A stretch of 64,000 bases of DNA from an uncultured Collinsella sp. GTDB taxonomy: Bacteria; Actinomycetota; Coriobacteriia; Coriobacteriales; Coriobacteriaceae. The stretch lies in contig CAJKZP010000001.1 of NCBI GenBank assembly GCA_905204415.1, forward strand, positions 3-64,002, written 5' to 3'. The notes beneath the pieces were generated by a model. That model did not search any database and was not told the origin of the DNA. It saw nothing but the letters and a program-made list of their open reading frames with translations. Below, piece after piece: positions 37,798 to 47,567 of this stretch. The translations under genes and the position numbers were made by a program. Each line of letters begins with the position of its first letter. Within the stretch, counting starts at the first letter, position 1.

Positions 37798-38931
37798 ATG
37801 TACATTTCCACACATCAGGCTCTGGTCGACTTTTGCCAGCGCGCCCGCGAGTTCGACGCGATCGCCGTCGACACCGAGTTTTTGCGCGAGCGCACGTTTC
37901 ATCCGCGCCTGTGCCTGGTCCAGATTGCCACCCCCGCCGAGAGTGTCGCGGTCGATCCTCTGGTGATCGACGACCTGTCGCCGCTTGCCGAGCTTATGGC
38001 TGACGAGGGCGTGGTCAAGGTATTCCATGCCTGTTCGCAGGACATGGAGGTTATGCTCCATACCGTGGGTGCGCTGCCGCGACCGATTTTTGACACACAG
38101 GTTGCCGCCGCCTTTTTGGGCGAGCGTCAGCAGATCTCGTATGGTGCGCTCGTTCAGACGTTCTGCGGCGTATCACTTCCCAAGACCGAGTCGCTGACCG
38201 ATTGGTCGCGCCGCCCGCTGAGCGATAAGCAGATCGAGTACGCGATCGATGACGTCAAGTACTTGATCGTCGCCTATACCGAGATGATGAGCCGTCTGCG
38301 CGAGCTGGGCCGCGTGGACTGGGTGCTCGATGAGTTGCGCCCTCTGGCCGACGAGTCGCACTACCGTGCCGATCGCCACGAGGCATTCCGCAAGGTCAAG
38401 CGCATCAACTCGTGTAGCCGCCATCAGCTGGGCATTGCGCGTGAGCTTGCCGCCTGGCGTGAAGACCGCGCTGAGCGCCGCAATATCCCGCGCAAGTGGG
38501 TTATGTCTGATGATACGCTGCTAGCCCTGGTTAAGCGCAATCCCGTGCGTGTTGAGGAGTTCCGCAGCATTCGCGGCACCGACCAGCTGGGGGAGCGCGA
38601 CGTGGATGGCGCGTTGATGGCCATCAAGCGAGGCGCGAGCTGCCCGCACGACCGCCTGCCGCTTATGGTGCGCGGGCATCGCCAAATCTCTCCGGAGCTG
38701 GAGAGCGTGACGGATCTCATGTACGCGCTCATTCGCCTGGTTGCCGAGCGCTCGGGCGTGGCGACCTCGGTCATTGCCTCGCGCGATGACCTGGCCGACT
38801 ACATTGAGCATCCTGAGCAAAGTCCCCTGCGCGAAGGCTGGCGTTTTGAGCTTGTGGGTTCGCGTCTGGACGATCTGCTCTCGGGCAACATGGGACTCAC
38901 CGTGAAGGACGGCAAAATCGAGCTCCTGTAG
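37798..38931 (+). CDS. rnd: Ribonuclease D (DEDDy plus HRDC)
   Basis: AVDTEFLRERTF, HACSQD, FDTQVAA, TDWSRRPL, YAIDDV, HRDC domain and GWR. Confidence 0.92.
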   Translation: MYISTHQALVDFCQRAREFDAIAVDTEFLRERTFHPRLCLVQIATPAESVAVDPLVIDDLSPLAELMADEGVVKVFHACSQDMEVMLHTVGALPRPIFDTQVAAAFLGERQQISYGALVQTFCGVSLPKTESLTDWSRRPLSDKQIEYAIDDVKYLIVAYTEMMSRLRELGRVDWVLDELRPLADESHYRADRHEAFRKVKRINSCSRHQLGIARELAAWREDRAERRNIPRKWVMSDDTLLALVKRNPVRVEEFRSIRGTDQLGERDVDGALMAIKRGASCPHDRLPLMVRGHRQISPELESVTDLMYALIRLVAERSGVATSVIASRDDLADYIEHPEQSPLREGWRFELVGSRLDDLLSGNMGLTVKDGKIELL

Positions 38932-38938
38932 GTATATA

Positions 38939-39085
38939 GTTACGCGGTTTTACCAAACCGCCTAACAGCTCGACGCTGCAAACGGCCGAGAGCGGCAATC
39001 TGACGTTCAATCGTCGCTCGCGTACCAAAGTACGCGTCGCTTCTCTTTCACGTCACCTTGCTCGCTCTCGGCCGTTTTCGCTGAC
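38939..39085 (+). repeat. Structured intergenic element, family 1, copy 2
   Basis: Same loops and core as 4161-4306 with different, fully paired stems; right after the rnd stop. Confidence 0.8.
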
Positions 39086-39169
39086 ATTGCCAAAACATCG
39101 ATGTTGATTTGCTGGTCAGTCGAATGGGTAGAATGCCTCCAACGTGTAACTCGATTCGGAGGAATTCGC

Positions 39170-39874
39170 ATGCCCTATTACTATGGTTACGGCTTTGGCA
39201 TCGACCCGCTGTACCTGCTGGTTGTCCTTGTTTGTACGGTGCTTGGTCTTGCGGCGCAGAGCTATATCAACTCGACGTACAAGACCTGGTCCAAGGTTCG
39301 CTCGGACGGCGACACGGGTGCTACGGTCGCTCGCCGCATGCTCGACGCCAACGGTTGCAACGCCGTGGGTATCAAGGGCGTGGCTGGCGAGCTTACCGAC
39401 CACTACAACCCGCAGGATAACAACCTGTATCTCTCGGACGCCAACCGTTCGGGCGGGTCGGTCGCAAGCGTTGCCGTCGCCTGCCACGAGGCGGGCCATG
39501 CCGCCCAGCGTCAAAGCGGCTACGCCATGATGAAGGTGCGCACCGCCCTGGTCCCAGTCGTCAACTTTACCCAGAACACCTGGACCATCGTGTTGCTCTT
39601 GGGCCTGTTTATGAACATTGCCGGGCTCACGACCCTCGCGTTGATCTTCTTCTCGTTTAGCGTGCTGTTCCAACTGGTTACGCTGCCGGTCGAGATTGAT
39701 GCCAGCCGCCGCGCCGTGGCGTACATCGAGCAGTCGGGCATGAGCTCCAAGCAGGTCAATGGTGCCAAGAAGGTCCTGACGGCAGCCGCGCTTACCTATG
39801 TTGCTGCAGCGCTCACTTCGATCATTCAGCTGCTCTACCTGATGGCTCGCTACAACAGAAACTCCAACCGATAA
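39170..39874 (+). CDS. Membrane zinc metallopeptidase (YugP/Zn_peptidase_2)
   Basis: GELTDHYNP, VACHEAGHA (HExxH), TLPVEIDASRRA and AAALTYVAA. Confidence 0.9.
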   Translation: MPYYYGYGFGIDPLYLLVVLVCTVLGLAAQSYINSTYKTWSKVRSDGDTGATVARRMLDANGCNAVGIKGVAGELTDHYNPQDNNLYLSDANRSGGSVASVAVACHEAGHAAQRQSGYAMMKVRTALVPVVNFTQNTWTIVLLLGLFMNIAGLTTLALIFFSFSVLFQLVTLPVEIDASRRAVAYIEQSGMSSKQVNGAKKVLTAAALTYVAAALTSIIQLLYLMARYNRNSNR

Positions 39875-39989
39875 CAAATTGGGTCGCTGGGCGCCGCGGG
39901 GATTCGTGTCCCCGCGGCGCTGTACTATGTGTTGGACTTAAATTTGCGCAGGGCCGGAGCCCATGTGCACGATGACGAAAGGGGGCTGC

Positions 39990-41441
39990 GTGGCAGGCTG
40001 GAATCTGACCGGCAATAGCGTTTCCGCCGAGTTCGACGGATCGGACGAGCAGGAGCGCAAGGAGCTCAGCGTGAGCCAAGCGGTGGAGATCGCCGCCGGC
40101 GCGCTCGATGCCATTCCGCAACTGAGCGTTTTGGGCGAGGTCACGGGTTTCCGTGGTCCCAACGCCCGAAGCGGCCACTGCTATTTCCAGATTAAAGACG
40201 ACTCGGCCGCCGTCGACTGCATCATCTGGAAGGGCGCCTACCTTAAGCGCACCTTCGACTTGCGCGACGGCATGCAGGTAAGCTTTAAGGGCAGCTTCAA
40301 TCTCTACAAGCCTACGGGTCGCATGAGCTTCGTCGCCCGCTCGTTTTCGCTGGCGGGGGAGGGTCTGCTGCGTCAACAAGTGGCGCAACTGGCCGAAAAG
40401 CTACGCCGTGAGGGTCTGATGGACGAAGCGCGCAAGCGCCGCATCCCGGTGTTCTGCTCCCGCGTGGCGGTCGTCACCTCGCTTTCGGGTGCCGTAATCG
40501 ACGACGTCAAGCGCACATTGCGTCGTCGCAACCCGCTCGTCGAGCTCGTCTGCGTGGGTGCCAAGGTACAAGGCGAGGGTGCGCCGACAGAGCTCATTGA
40601 GGGCCTGCGTCGCGCCGCTTCCATTACGCCGGCGCCCGACTGTATTTTGTTGGTGCGCGGCGGCGGCTCCTTTGAGGACCTCATGACCTTTAATGACGAG
40701 GAGCTTGCCCGCGCGGTGGCGGCTTGTCCCGTGCCCGTGGTGACCGGCATTGGCCATGAGCCCGATACCTCGATTTGCGACATGGTGAGCGACCGTCGCG
40801 CCTCCACGCCTACGGCGACGGGCGAATCGGTGGCGCCGGCTATGACGGAGTTGGCCGATGTGCTCGAGGCGCGCTATCAACGTCTGGGTGCTGCGATGGC
40901 ATCGATGATTGGGTCGGCCCAGGTCGACCTGGAGATGCTCGATCAGCGCGGTCGCCGTGCCTGGGATACCTATACGGCTCGCTTGGGCGATGCGCTCGAT
41001 GCGGCTGCGTGCCGCCCGTGCCTCAACGACCCAACGTTTATGGTTGAGCGTCGCGAGTCTGAGCTTGCCCTGACGGCCGATCGTTTGTCCGGCGCCATAA
41101 CGCGTTCGGTTGGGGCATTCCGCTCCAACTTTGAGCGTCTGCCCGAGCGCTTGATCGCAAGCACCTCAGGACTCGATGGCAAGCGCCATGCGCTCACGCT
41201 CGCAAGCTCCCGCCTGGAGCATCAGGGGCGCACGATGCTCAACAAGCCAGCATCCGACCTGGGCCGTGCGGCAGCCTCGCTCGATGCCCTGTCGCCGCTC
41301 AAGGTGCTTGCCCGTGGTTATTCCATCGCGTACAGCGATGATGGGGTGGCCACGAGCGCCAAGACCTTTAAGCCCGGTGACGCCATTCGCGTGCGCATGG
41401 CAGACGGCAACGTGGCGGCAACGGTCGATACGGTCGAGTAG
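39990..41441 (+). CDS. xseA: Exodeoxyribonuclease VII large subunit
   Basis: SGHCYFQIKD, VQGEGA, RGGGSFEDL, GIGHEPD, RASTPT and LSPLKVLARGYS. Confidence 0.93.
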   Translation: MAGWNLTGNSVSAEFDGSDEQERKELSVSQAVEIAAGALDAIPQLSVLGEVTGFRGPNARSGHCYFQIKDDSAAVDCIIWKGAYLKRTFDLRDGMQVSFKGSFNLYKPTGRMSFVARSFSLAGEGLLRQQVAQLAEKLRREGLMDEARKRRIPVFCSRVAVVTSLSGAVIDDVKRTLRRRNPLVELVCVGAKVQGEGAPTELIEGLRRAASITPAPDCILLVRGGGSFEDLMTFNDEELARAVAACPVPVVTGIGHEPDTSICDMVSDRRASTPTATGESVAPAMTELADVLEARYQRLGAAMASMIGSAQVDLEMLDQRGRRAWDTYTARLGDALDAAACRPCLNDPTFMVERRESELALTADRLSGAITRSVGAFRSNFERLPERLIASTSGLDGKRHALTLASSRLEHQGRTMLNKPASDLGRAAASLDALSPLKVLARGYSIAYSDDGVATSAKTFKPGDAIRVRMADGNVAATVDTVE

Positions 41442-41483
41442 GCCGCGTTTCATAGCGATAAACCTTTAGGAAAGGAAACAGAT

Positions 41484-41750
41484 ATGGCAGAGAAGACCCC
41501 GGTCGAGCAGCTTACGTACAAGCAGGCTTCACAGGAGTTGGAGCTCATCATCCGCAGCTTGGAGTCGGGTGATATGGAGCTCGAGGAGTCGCTTGAGAGC
41601 TATACCCGCGGCGTCGAGCTCCTCAAGAGCCTGCGTACCCGCTTGTCCGATGCCGAGCAGAAGGTCTCGGTGCTCCTGAAGGACGTCGACGGCAACGACG
41701 TGCTCGCCGACGGCGAAGCCGCCAACACCGACGACAACCTTTCGTTCTAA
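41484..41750 (+). CDS. xseB: Exodeoxyribonuclease VII small subunit
   Basis: ELELIIRSLESGDMELEESLESYTRG...LSDAEQKV. Confidence 0.9.
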   Translation: MAEKTPVEQLTYKQASQELELIIRSLESGDMELEESLESYTRGVELLKSLRTRLSDAEQKVSVLLKDVDGNDVLADGEAANTDDNLSF

Positions 41751-41799
41751 CCATCCCGACCAAATATAATTACCTTGGTCTGTGAGAAAGGAACCAACC

Positions 41800-42135
41800 A
41801 TGTGTGATTGCATCTTCTGCAAAATTGCCAACCACGAGATCCCCTCGACCGTCGTCTACGAGGATGACCAGGTCATCGCGTTCGACGACCTCAATCCCCA
41901 GGCGCCGGTCCACACGCTCGTGATCCCCAAGAAGCACTACAGTGACATCGCCGATAACGTGCCCGCCGAGACCATGGGCGCCATGGCCCACGCCATCCAG
42001 GAGGTCGCCAAGGCCAAGGGTCTGGAGGACGGTTTCCGCGTCATCTCCAACAAGGGCGTCAACGCCGGTCAGACCGTCATGCACTTCCACATGCACGTCC
42101 TCGGCGGCAAGAACCTGGGCGAGAACCTCATCTGA
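41800..42135 (+). CDS. HIT-family nucleotide-binding protein
   Basis: CIFCKI, PQAPVH and GQTVMHFHMHV histidine triad. Confidence 0.92.
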   Translation: MCDCIFCKIANHEIPSTVVYEDDQVIAFDDLNPQAPVHTLVIPKKHYSDIADNVPAETMGAMAHAIQEVAKAKGLEDGFRVISNKGVNAGQTVMHFHMHVLGGKNLGENLI

Positions 42136-42282
42136 GGACGCTTCTTCCGTGCAATGAAACGGAAGCTCTGGCATCGATAACTTATATATCAACGCAATAA
42201 ACCCGAGCGCGAGGGCGTTTGGGTTTATTATTGAAGCGTATGTAACCTGGCGGCGCCACACCGCCTGTTAGTAGGGAGACAC

Positions 42283-43461
42283 ATGAACGTTCTGGTCGTC
42301 AACGCGGGATCTTCGACTCTTAAGTATCAGGTCATCGACACCAAGTCCCACAAGGTGTCCGCAAAGGGCTCCTGCGAGCGCGTCTGCTTTACCGGCGGTA
42401 CCTTCACCCATGCTGCCAACGGTTCCAAGAAGGTGACCGAGAACATCGAGTTCCCCGACCACAAGGTCGCCATCGAGGCCGTCCTGAAGGATCTCGAGGC
42501 CAACGGCGTCAAGATTGAGGGCATTGGCCACCGTATCGTTCAGGGCGGCTGGTACTTTGGTGATTCCTCCCTCGTCGACGAGGACGTTCTCGCCAAGATT
42601 CGCGAGGTCGCTCCGCTGGCGCCGCTGCACAACAACCCCGAGGCCAACGTTATCGAGTACTGCCTGGAGCAGTATCCCGACCTGCCCAACGTTACGGTCT
42701 ACGACACCGCTTTCCACTTCAACATGCCCGAGGTTGCGAAGACTTACGCCCTGCCCAAGGACGTTTGCGACAAGCTGCACATCCGTAAGTATGGCGCTCA
42801 TGGCACCAGCTACCGTTACATCTCCAAGAAGGTCGCCGAGATGACCAACGGCGAGGCCCGCAAGGTCGTTGTGTGCCACATCGGTTCCGGTGCCTCCCTG
42901 TGTGCCATCGAGGACGGCAAGTGCATGGATACAACCATGGGTCTCACCCCTCTCGACGGCGTCATGATGGGCACTCGCTGCGGCTCCATCGACCCGGCTA
43001 CCGTGTGCTACCTGCAGCGCGAGGGCGGCTACACCTTCGACGAGGTCGACGAGATGATGAACAAGAAGTCCGGCCTTTTGGCTGTGACCGGTGGCAAGAC
43101 CAACGACTGCCGCAACGTCGAGGAGCTCGCTGCCGCTGGGGACCCCGAGGCTCAGCTCGCCTTCGATATGTTTGTCTACAAGATTGCCGCCAAGGCCGCC
43201 GAGATGGCCACTTCCATGTGCGGCATGGACACGCTCGTCTTCACCGCCGGCATCGGCGAGCACGCTCCGGCCGTTCGCGCCGGCGTTGCCGACCGTCTGG
43301 CCTTTATGGGCGTGAAGATGGACCATGCCCGCAACGCTCTGCGTGGCGACGGCGCTTGGTGCCTGTCTGCCAAGGATTCCAAGGTCAAGATCTTCGTCAT
43401 CCCTACGGACGAGGAGTTCATGATCGCTTCCGACGTCGAGCGCATCGTCAACGGCAAGTAA
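42283..43461 (+). CDS. ackA: Acetate/propionate kinase, paralog 1
   Basis: NAGSST, GHRIV, APLHN, YGAHGTS, MGLTPLDG, FTAGIGE and PTDEE. Confidence 0.9.
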   Translation: MNVLVVNAGSSTLKYQVIDTKSHKVSAKGSCERVCFTGGTFTHAANGSKKVTENIEFPDHKVAIEAVLKDLEANGVKIEGIGHRIVQGGWYFGDSSLVDEDVLAKIREVAPLAPLHNNPEANVIEYCLEQYPDLPNVTVYDTAFHFNMPEVAKTYALPKDVCDKLHIRKYGAHGTSYRYISKKVAEMTNGEARKVVVCHIGSGASLCAIEDGKCMDTTMGLTPLDGVMMGTRCGSIDPATVCYLQREGGYTFDEVDEMMNKKSGLLAVTGGKTNDCRNVEELAAAGDPEAQLAFDMFVYKIAAKAAEMATSMCGMDTLVFTAGIGEHAPAVRAGVADRLAFMGVKMDHARNALRGDGAWCLSAKDSKVKIFVIPTDEEFMIASDVERIVNGK

Positions 43462-43625
43462 TTGCAAGAGGGGAGGGGCTGGACGATCGAGCGCCGTTCG
43501 GCCCCTCTTTTGTGCTCGTTGGGCGATATGCCTGATAGCTATTTATCAAGGTGTGATAACTTCTTATTAACATGCGGCCGCCTTAAGGGGTCTGCGTCGA
43601 CCGTATTGCACTGCAAAGGAGTCTC

Positions 43626-44804
43626 ATGAACGTACTTGTTGTCAACGCCGGCAGCTCAAGTCTTAAATATCAGCTTCTGGATACCGATACCCGCGAGGTT
43701 TTCGCCAAGGGCAACTGCGAGCGCATCGGCTCGGACATGGGTATCTTTGGTCATTCCGAGAACGGTGGCGCCAAGCAGACCGAGGAGGTTCCCTTCCCCG
43801 ATCATCGCTCTGCTATCGCTCGCGTGTTCGAGGAGCTCGAGAAGACCGACTTTACAATTGATGGCATTGGGCATCGCATCGTTCAGGGCGGCTGGCACTT
43901 CAATGATTCCGCGGTCGTTGACGACGAGGTCATGGCTAAGATTCTCGAGGTAGCCCCCTTGGCTCCGCTGCACAACTACGGCGAGGCCGCGGCGATTGAG
44001 TATTGTCGCGAGAAGTATCCGGAGCTGCCCAACGTGGCCGTCTTCGACACCTCGTTCCACATGACCATGCCCGAGGTTGCCTACACCTACGCCCTGCCCA
44101 AGGACGTGTGCGACAAGTATCACGTGCGCAAGTACGGAGCCCACGGTACGAGCCACCGCTATGAGTGGATGATGGCCAAGGAGATCCTGGGCTCGTGCTG
44201 CCACCGTCTGCTTTCGTGCCATCTGGGCAATGGCGCTTCGCTCGCCGCCATCGAGGACGGCGTGTGCCGCGACACCACGATGGGGCTCACGCCGCTTGAC
44301 GGCCTGATGATGGGAACCCGCTGCGGCTCCATCGACCCGGCTACCGTGTGCTACCTGCAGCGTGAGGGCGGCTACAGCTACCAGGAAGTCGACGACATGA
44401 TGAACAAGCAGTCTGGTCTGCTTGCTATCTCGGGTATCTCCAACGACGCCCGCGACATCCGCACGCGCGCCTCCGAGGGCGACGAGCGCTGTCTGCTCGC
44501 CTTCGATATGTTCGCCTACAAGGCCATGCAGCAGGCCGGCTCCATGATCGCTTCCATGGCGGGCGTGGACACCATCACCTTTACCGCCGGCATCGGCGAG
44601 AACGACTGGTCGATCCGCAAGGCCTTCTGCGACTGCTTTGAGTGGCTGGGCGTGCGCATCGACAACAACAGGAACCGCGAGGCCGTAGGCAACGGTCCGC
44701 AGGTCATCAGTGCCGCCGGTTCCGCCGTCGCGGTCATGGTCATCCCCACCGACGAGGAATACATGATTGCCCACGACGTCGAGCGTCTGACCAAGAACAA
44801 CTAA
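43626..44804 (+). CDS. ackA: Acetate/propionate kinase, paralog 2
   Basis: NAGSSS, APLHN, YGAHGTSH, HLGNGAS, MGLTPLDG and FTAGIGEN. Confidence 0.9.
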   Translation: MNVLVVNAGSSSLKYQLLDTDTREVFAKGNCERIGSDMGIFGHSENGGAKQTEEVPFPDHRSAIARVFEELEKTDFTIDGIGHRIVQGGWHFNDSAVVDDEVMAKILEVAPLAPLHNYGEAAAIEYCREKYPELPNVAVFDTSFHMTMPEVAYTYALPKDVCDKYHVRKYGAHGTSHRYEWMMAKEILGSCCHRLLSCHLGNGASLAAIEDGVCRDTTMGLTPLDGLMMGTRCGSIDPATVCYLQREGGYSYQEVDDMMNKQSGLLAISGISNDARDIRTRASEGDERCLLAFDMFAYKAMQQAGSMIASMAGVDTITFTAGIGENDWSIRKAFCDCFEWLGVRIDNNRNREAVGNGPQVISAAGSAVAVMVIPTDEEYMIAHDVERLTKNN

Positions 44805-44826
44805 CGCGCCCGTTTGCATGTAAATG

Positions 44827-44862
44827 AAAGGCCTCCTGAGCAACAGCTCGGGAGGCCTTTTT
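44827..44862 (+). terminator. Intrinsic terminator after the second ackA
   Basis: AAAGGCCTCCTGAGC-aaca-GCTCGGGAGGCCTTTTT. Confidence 0.8.
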
Positions 44863-45013
44863 GCTGGCAGGCGGAAATTCCAGTCCCAAAGTGACCATCG
44901 CCAGCAACGCTTGCGCTCCCAACAACGGTGCCCGACCATTCAGGTTCTCAGCTCCAGCTCGTAGCCAAGCCGCCGTCCACCCCAGATACCCTGACTGCCA
45001 CGTTGCGACAGGG

Positions 45014-45134
45014 ACCCTACAGGGTAAAGCTCTGAAAACTTTCCGCAGGACGCATGAAACCCCCGCCGCACGAAGTGCGCAGCGGGGGTTTCATGCATGT
45101 CTGAGGACGTTTTCAGAGCTTTACCCTGTAGGGT
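45014..45134. repeat. 121-nt near-perfect palindrome
   Basis: 26-bp perfect outer arms, 15-bp inner arms and apex CGCAC-GAA-GTGCG. Confidence 0.85.
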
Positions 45135-45152
45135 TCCGAGGGGATATGTCCG

Positions 45153-46133
45153 CTACTCAGCCATCTGAGCCTGGACGGCGGTGATGGCTACGACACCCAC
45201 GATGTCGTCGGCAGAGCAGCCGCGCGAAAGGTCGTTAACCGGCTTGGCGATGCCCTGCAGGATGGGGCCGTAAGCGTCGGCGCCGGCGAAGCGCTGGACC
45301 AGCTTGTAGCCGATGTTGCCAGCCTCGAGGTCGGGGAACACGAGCACGTTGGCCTTACCGGCAACGGAGGAACCGGGAGCCTTGAGCTGGGCGACGGTGG
45401 GGACGATAGCGGCGTCGAGCTGCAGGTCGCCATCGATGGCGAGCTCGGGAGCCTTCTCCTTGCAGAACTTCACGGCCTCCTGGACCTTCTTGGCGACGTC
45501 GCCGCCGGCGGAGCCCATGGTGGAGTAGGAGAGCATGGCCACGTGCGGCTCAACGTTGCCCATGAAGGTGGACCAAGAGTGAGCGGAGGCGATGGCGATC
45601 TCGGAGAGCTCGTCGGAGGACGGGTTGATGTTGAGGCCGCAGTCGGCGAAGATCAGCGTGCCGTCGGTGCCGAACTGCGGGGTGTTGGTGCACATCACGA
45701 AGAAGGCCGAGACCAACTTGGTGCCCGGGGCGGTCTTGAGGATCTGCAGCGCGGGGCGCAGGGTGTCGGCGGTGGAGTGGCAGGCGCCGGAGACTAGGCC
45801 GTCGGCATCGCCCATCTTGACCATCATGGTGCCAAAGTAGGTAGCATCCATCACCTGGGCGCGAGCTTGCTCGATGGTGACGCCCTTCTTGGCGCGGAGC
45901 TCGGCAAACTTCTGCGCGTACTCCTCGTGCTTCTCGGCATTGCGCGGATCGATGACGGTAGCGCCGGGAACGTCGATCTCGTCGGGGTTGCCCAGGATGA
46001 CGATCTTTGCCAGGCCCTCCTCGATGATCTTGGTGGCTGCGACGATGGTGCGCGGATCCTCGCCCTCGGGCAGGACGATCGTCTTAAGGTCGGCCTTGGC
46101 GGCAGACTTCATACGGTTTAGGAAATCGCTCAT
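45153..46133 (-). CDS. pta: Phosphate acetyltransferase
   Basis: IVLPEGEDPR, SGACHSTADTLRP, FADCG, LSYSTMGS, DGDLQLDAA and DLSRGC. Confidence 0.95.
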   Translation of the reverse strand: MSDFLNRMKSAAKADLKTIVLPEGEDPRTIVAATKIIEEGLAKIVILGNPDEIDVPGATVIDPRNAEKHEEYAQKFAELRAKKGVTIEQARAQVMDATYFGTMMVKMGDADGLVSGACHSTADTLRPALQILKTAPGTKLVSAFFVMCTNTPQFGTDGTLIFADCGLNINPSSDELSEIAIASAHSWSTFMGNVEPHVAMLSYSTMGSAGGDVAKKVQEAVKFCKEKAPELAIDGDLQLDAAIVPTVAQLKAPGSSVAGKANVLVFPDLEAGNIGYKLVQRFAGADAYGPILQGIAKPVNDLSRGCSADDIVGVVAITAVQAQMAE

Positions 46134-46364
46134 GTTACTCCTTACAAGCGTTTCGCTAAGCTCCAGGCGCCCGGCTGTTCACGAATAAACCCGCTGCTAG
46201 CGGGTTTACCTTTCAATTATGTACGCCGCGGTGCTTGAGCTTTCCTTGTGTGGCAAGCTCATTATAGGACGCATTAGCGCTATAATCGCTCTGATAAATA
46301 TGTCTCGAAGAATGTTCGAGAAAAGCCCAGCTAACGAGCCCGTGGCTTTTGACAAGGAGTATCG

Positions 46365-47567
46365 ATGCAGATTACCTCAGGCCTGCCTGAAGGCTTTAAC
46401 GCCGGCGCGTACGACATGATTGTCGTCGGTGCCGGATATGCCGGTGCCGTTTGTGCCCGCCGTCTCGCCGAGACTATCGGCTATCGCGTTGCCGTTCTGG
46501 AGCGCCGTAGCCACATTGCAGGTAACGCCTACGACTGCGCTGATGAGGCCGGCATCCTGGTCCACGAGTATGGTCCGCACATCTACCATACCTTTAATGA
46601 ACGCGTCCACAATTTCCTGTCGCGCTTTACCAAGTGGACGGACTACCAGCACAAGGTGCTTGCCAACATCAACGGCACCCTTATGCCCGTGCCCTTTAAC
46701 CACGCGAGCCTCAAGCTCGCCTTTGGCGATGAGCGCGGCGAGGAGCTGTATCAGAAGCTCGTGGAGACCTTTGGCAAGGACGTCAAGGTGCCCATTATGG
46801 AGCTGCGCAAGAAGAACGACCCGGATCTTGTCGAGGTCGCCGATTACGTCTACGAGAACGTCTTTTTGCATTACACCATGAAGCAGTGGGGTCAGACGCC
46901 CGACCAGATCGATCCCTCGATCACCGGCCGCGTTCCCGTCTTTGTGGGCGACGATGACCGCTACTTCCCGCAGGCTCCCTTCCAGGGCATGCCGCAGGAC
47001 GGCTATACCGCGCTGTTCGAGCACATGCTCGACCACGATCTGATTGATGTGTTCTGCGACGTGGACGCCCGCGACCTCTTCGAGATCGACGAGACCACCG
47101 TCAAGATCGACGGTAAGGTCTATGGCGGCGAGATCGTCTACACCGGTCCGCTTGACGAGCTGTTCAACCTCGACCTGGGCGCTCTACCGTACCGTACGCT
47201 CGACATGAAGTTCGAGACGCTCGATATGGACCAGTTCCAGCCCGTGGGCACCGTCAATTACACCACGAGCGAGGATTACACGCGTATCACCGAGTTCAAG
47301 AACATGACTGGTCAGGTCCTGCCCGGCAAGACCAGCATCATGAAGGAGTATTCCAAGGCCTATACGCCCGGCTCGGGCGAGACGCCCTATTACGCCATTC
47401 TGGAGCCCGAGAACCGCGAGCTCTATGAGCGCTATCTTGAGCGCGTCCAGAACCTGACGAACTTCCACCCGGTGGGTCGCCTGGCCGAGTATCGTTACTA
47501 CGATATGGATGCCGTGACCAACTCTGCCCTCGATCTTTCGGATGAGATTATCGCCTGCCATGCATAA
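46365..47567 (+). CDS. glf: UDP-galactopyranose mutase
   Basis: VGAGYAG, HIAGNAYD, HEYGPHIYHT, YTMKQWG, TRITEFK and GRLAEYRYYDMD. Confidence 0.93.
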   Translation: MQITSGLPEGFNAGAYDMIVVGAGYAGAVCARRLAETIGYRVAVLERRSHIAGNAYDCADEAGILVHEYGPHIYHTFNERVHNFLSRFTKWTDYQHKVLANINGTLMPVPFNHASLKLAFGDERGEELYQKLVETFGKDVKVPIMELRKKNDPDLVEVADYVYENVFLHYTMKQWGQTPDQIDPSITGRVPVFVGDDDRYFPQAPFQGMPQDGYTALFEHMLDHDLIDVFCDVDARDLFEIDETTVKIDGKVYGGEIVYTGPLDELFNLDLGALPYRTLDMKFETLDMDQFQPVGTVNYTTSEDYTRITEFKNMTGQVLPGKTSIMKEYSKAYTPGSGETPYYAILEPENRELYERYLERVQNLTNFHPVGRLAEYRYYDMDAVTNSALDLSDEIIACHA

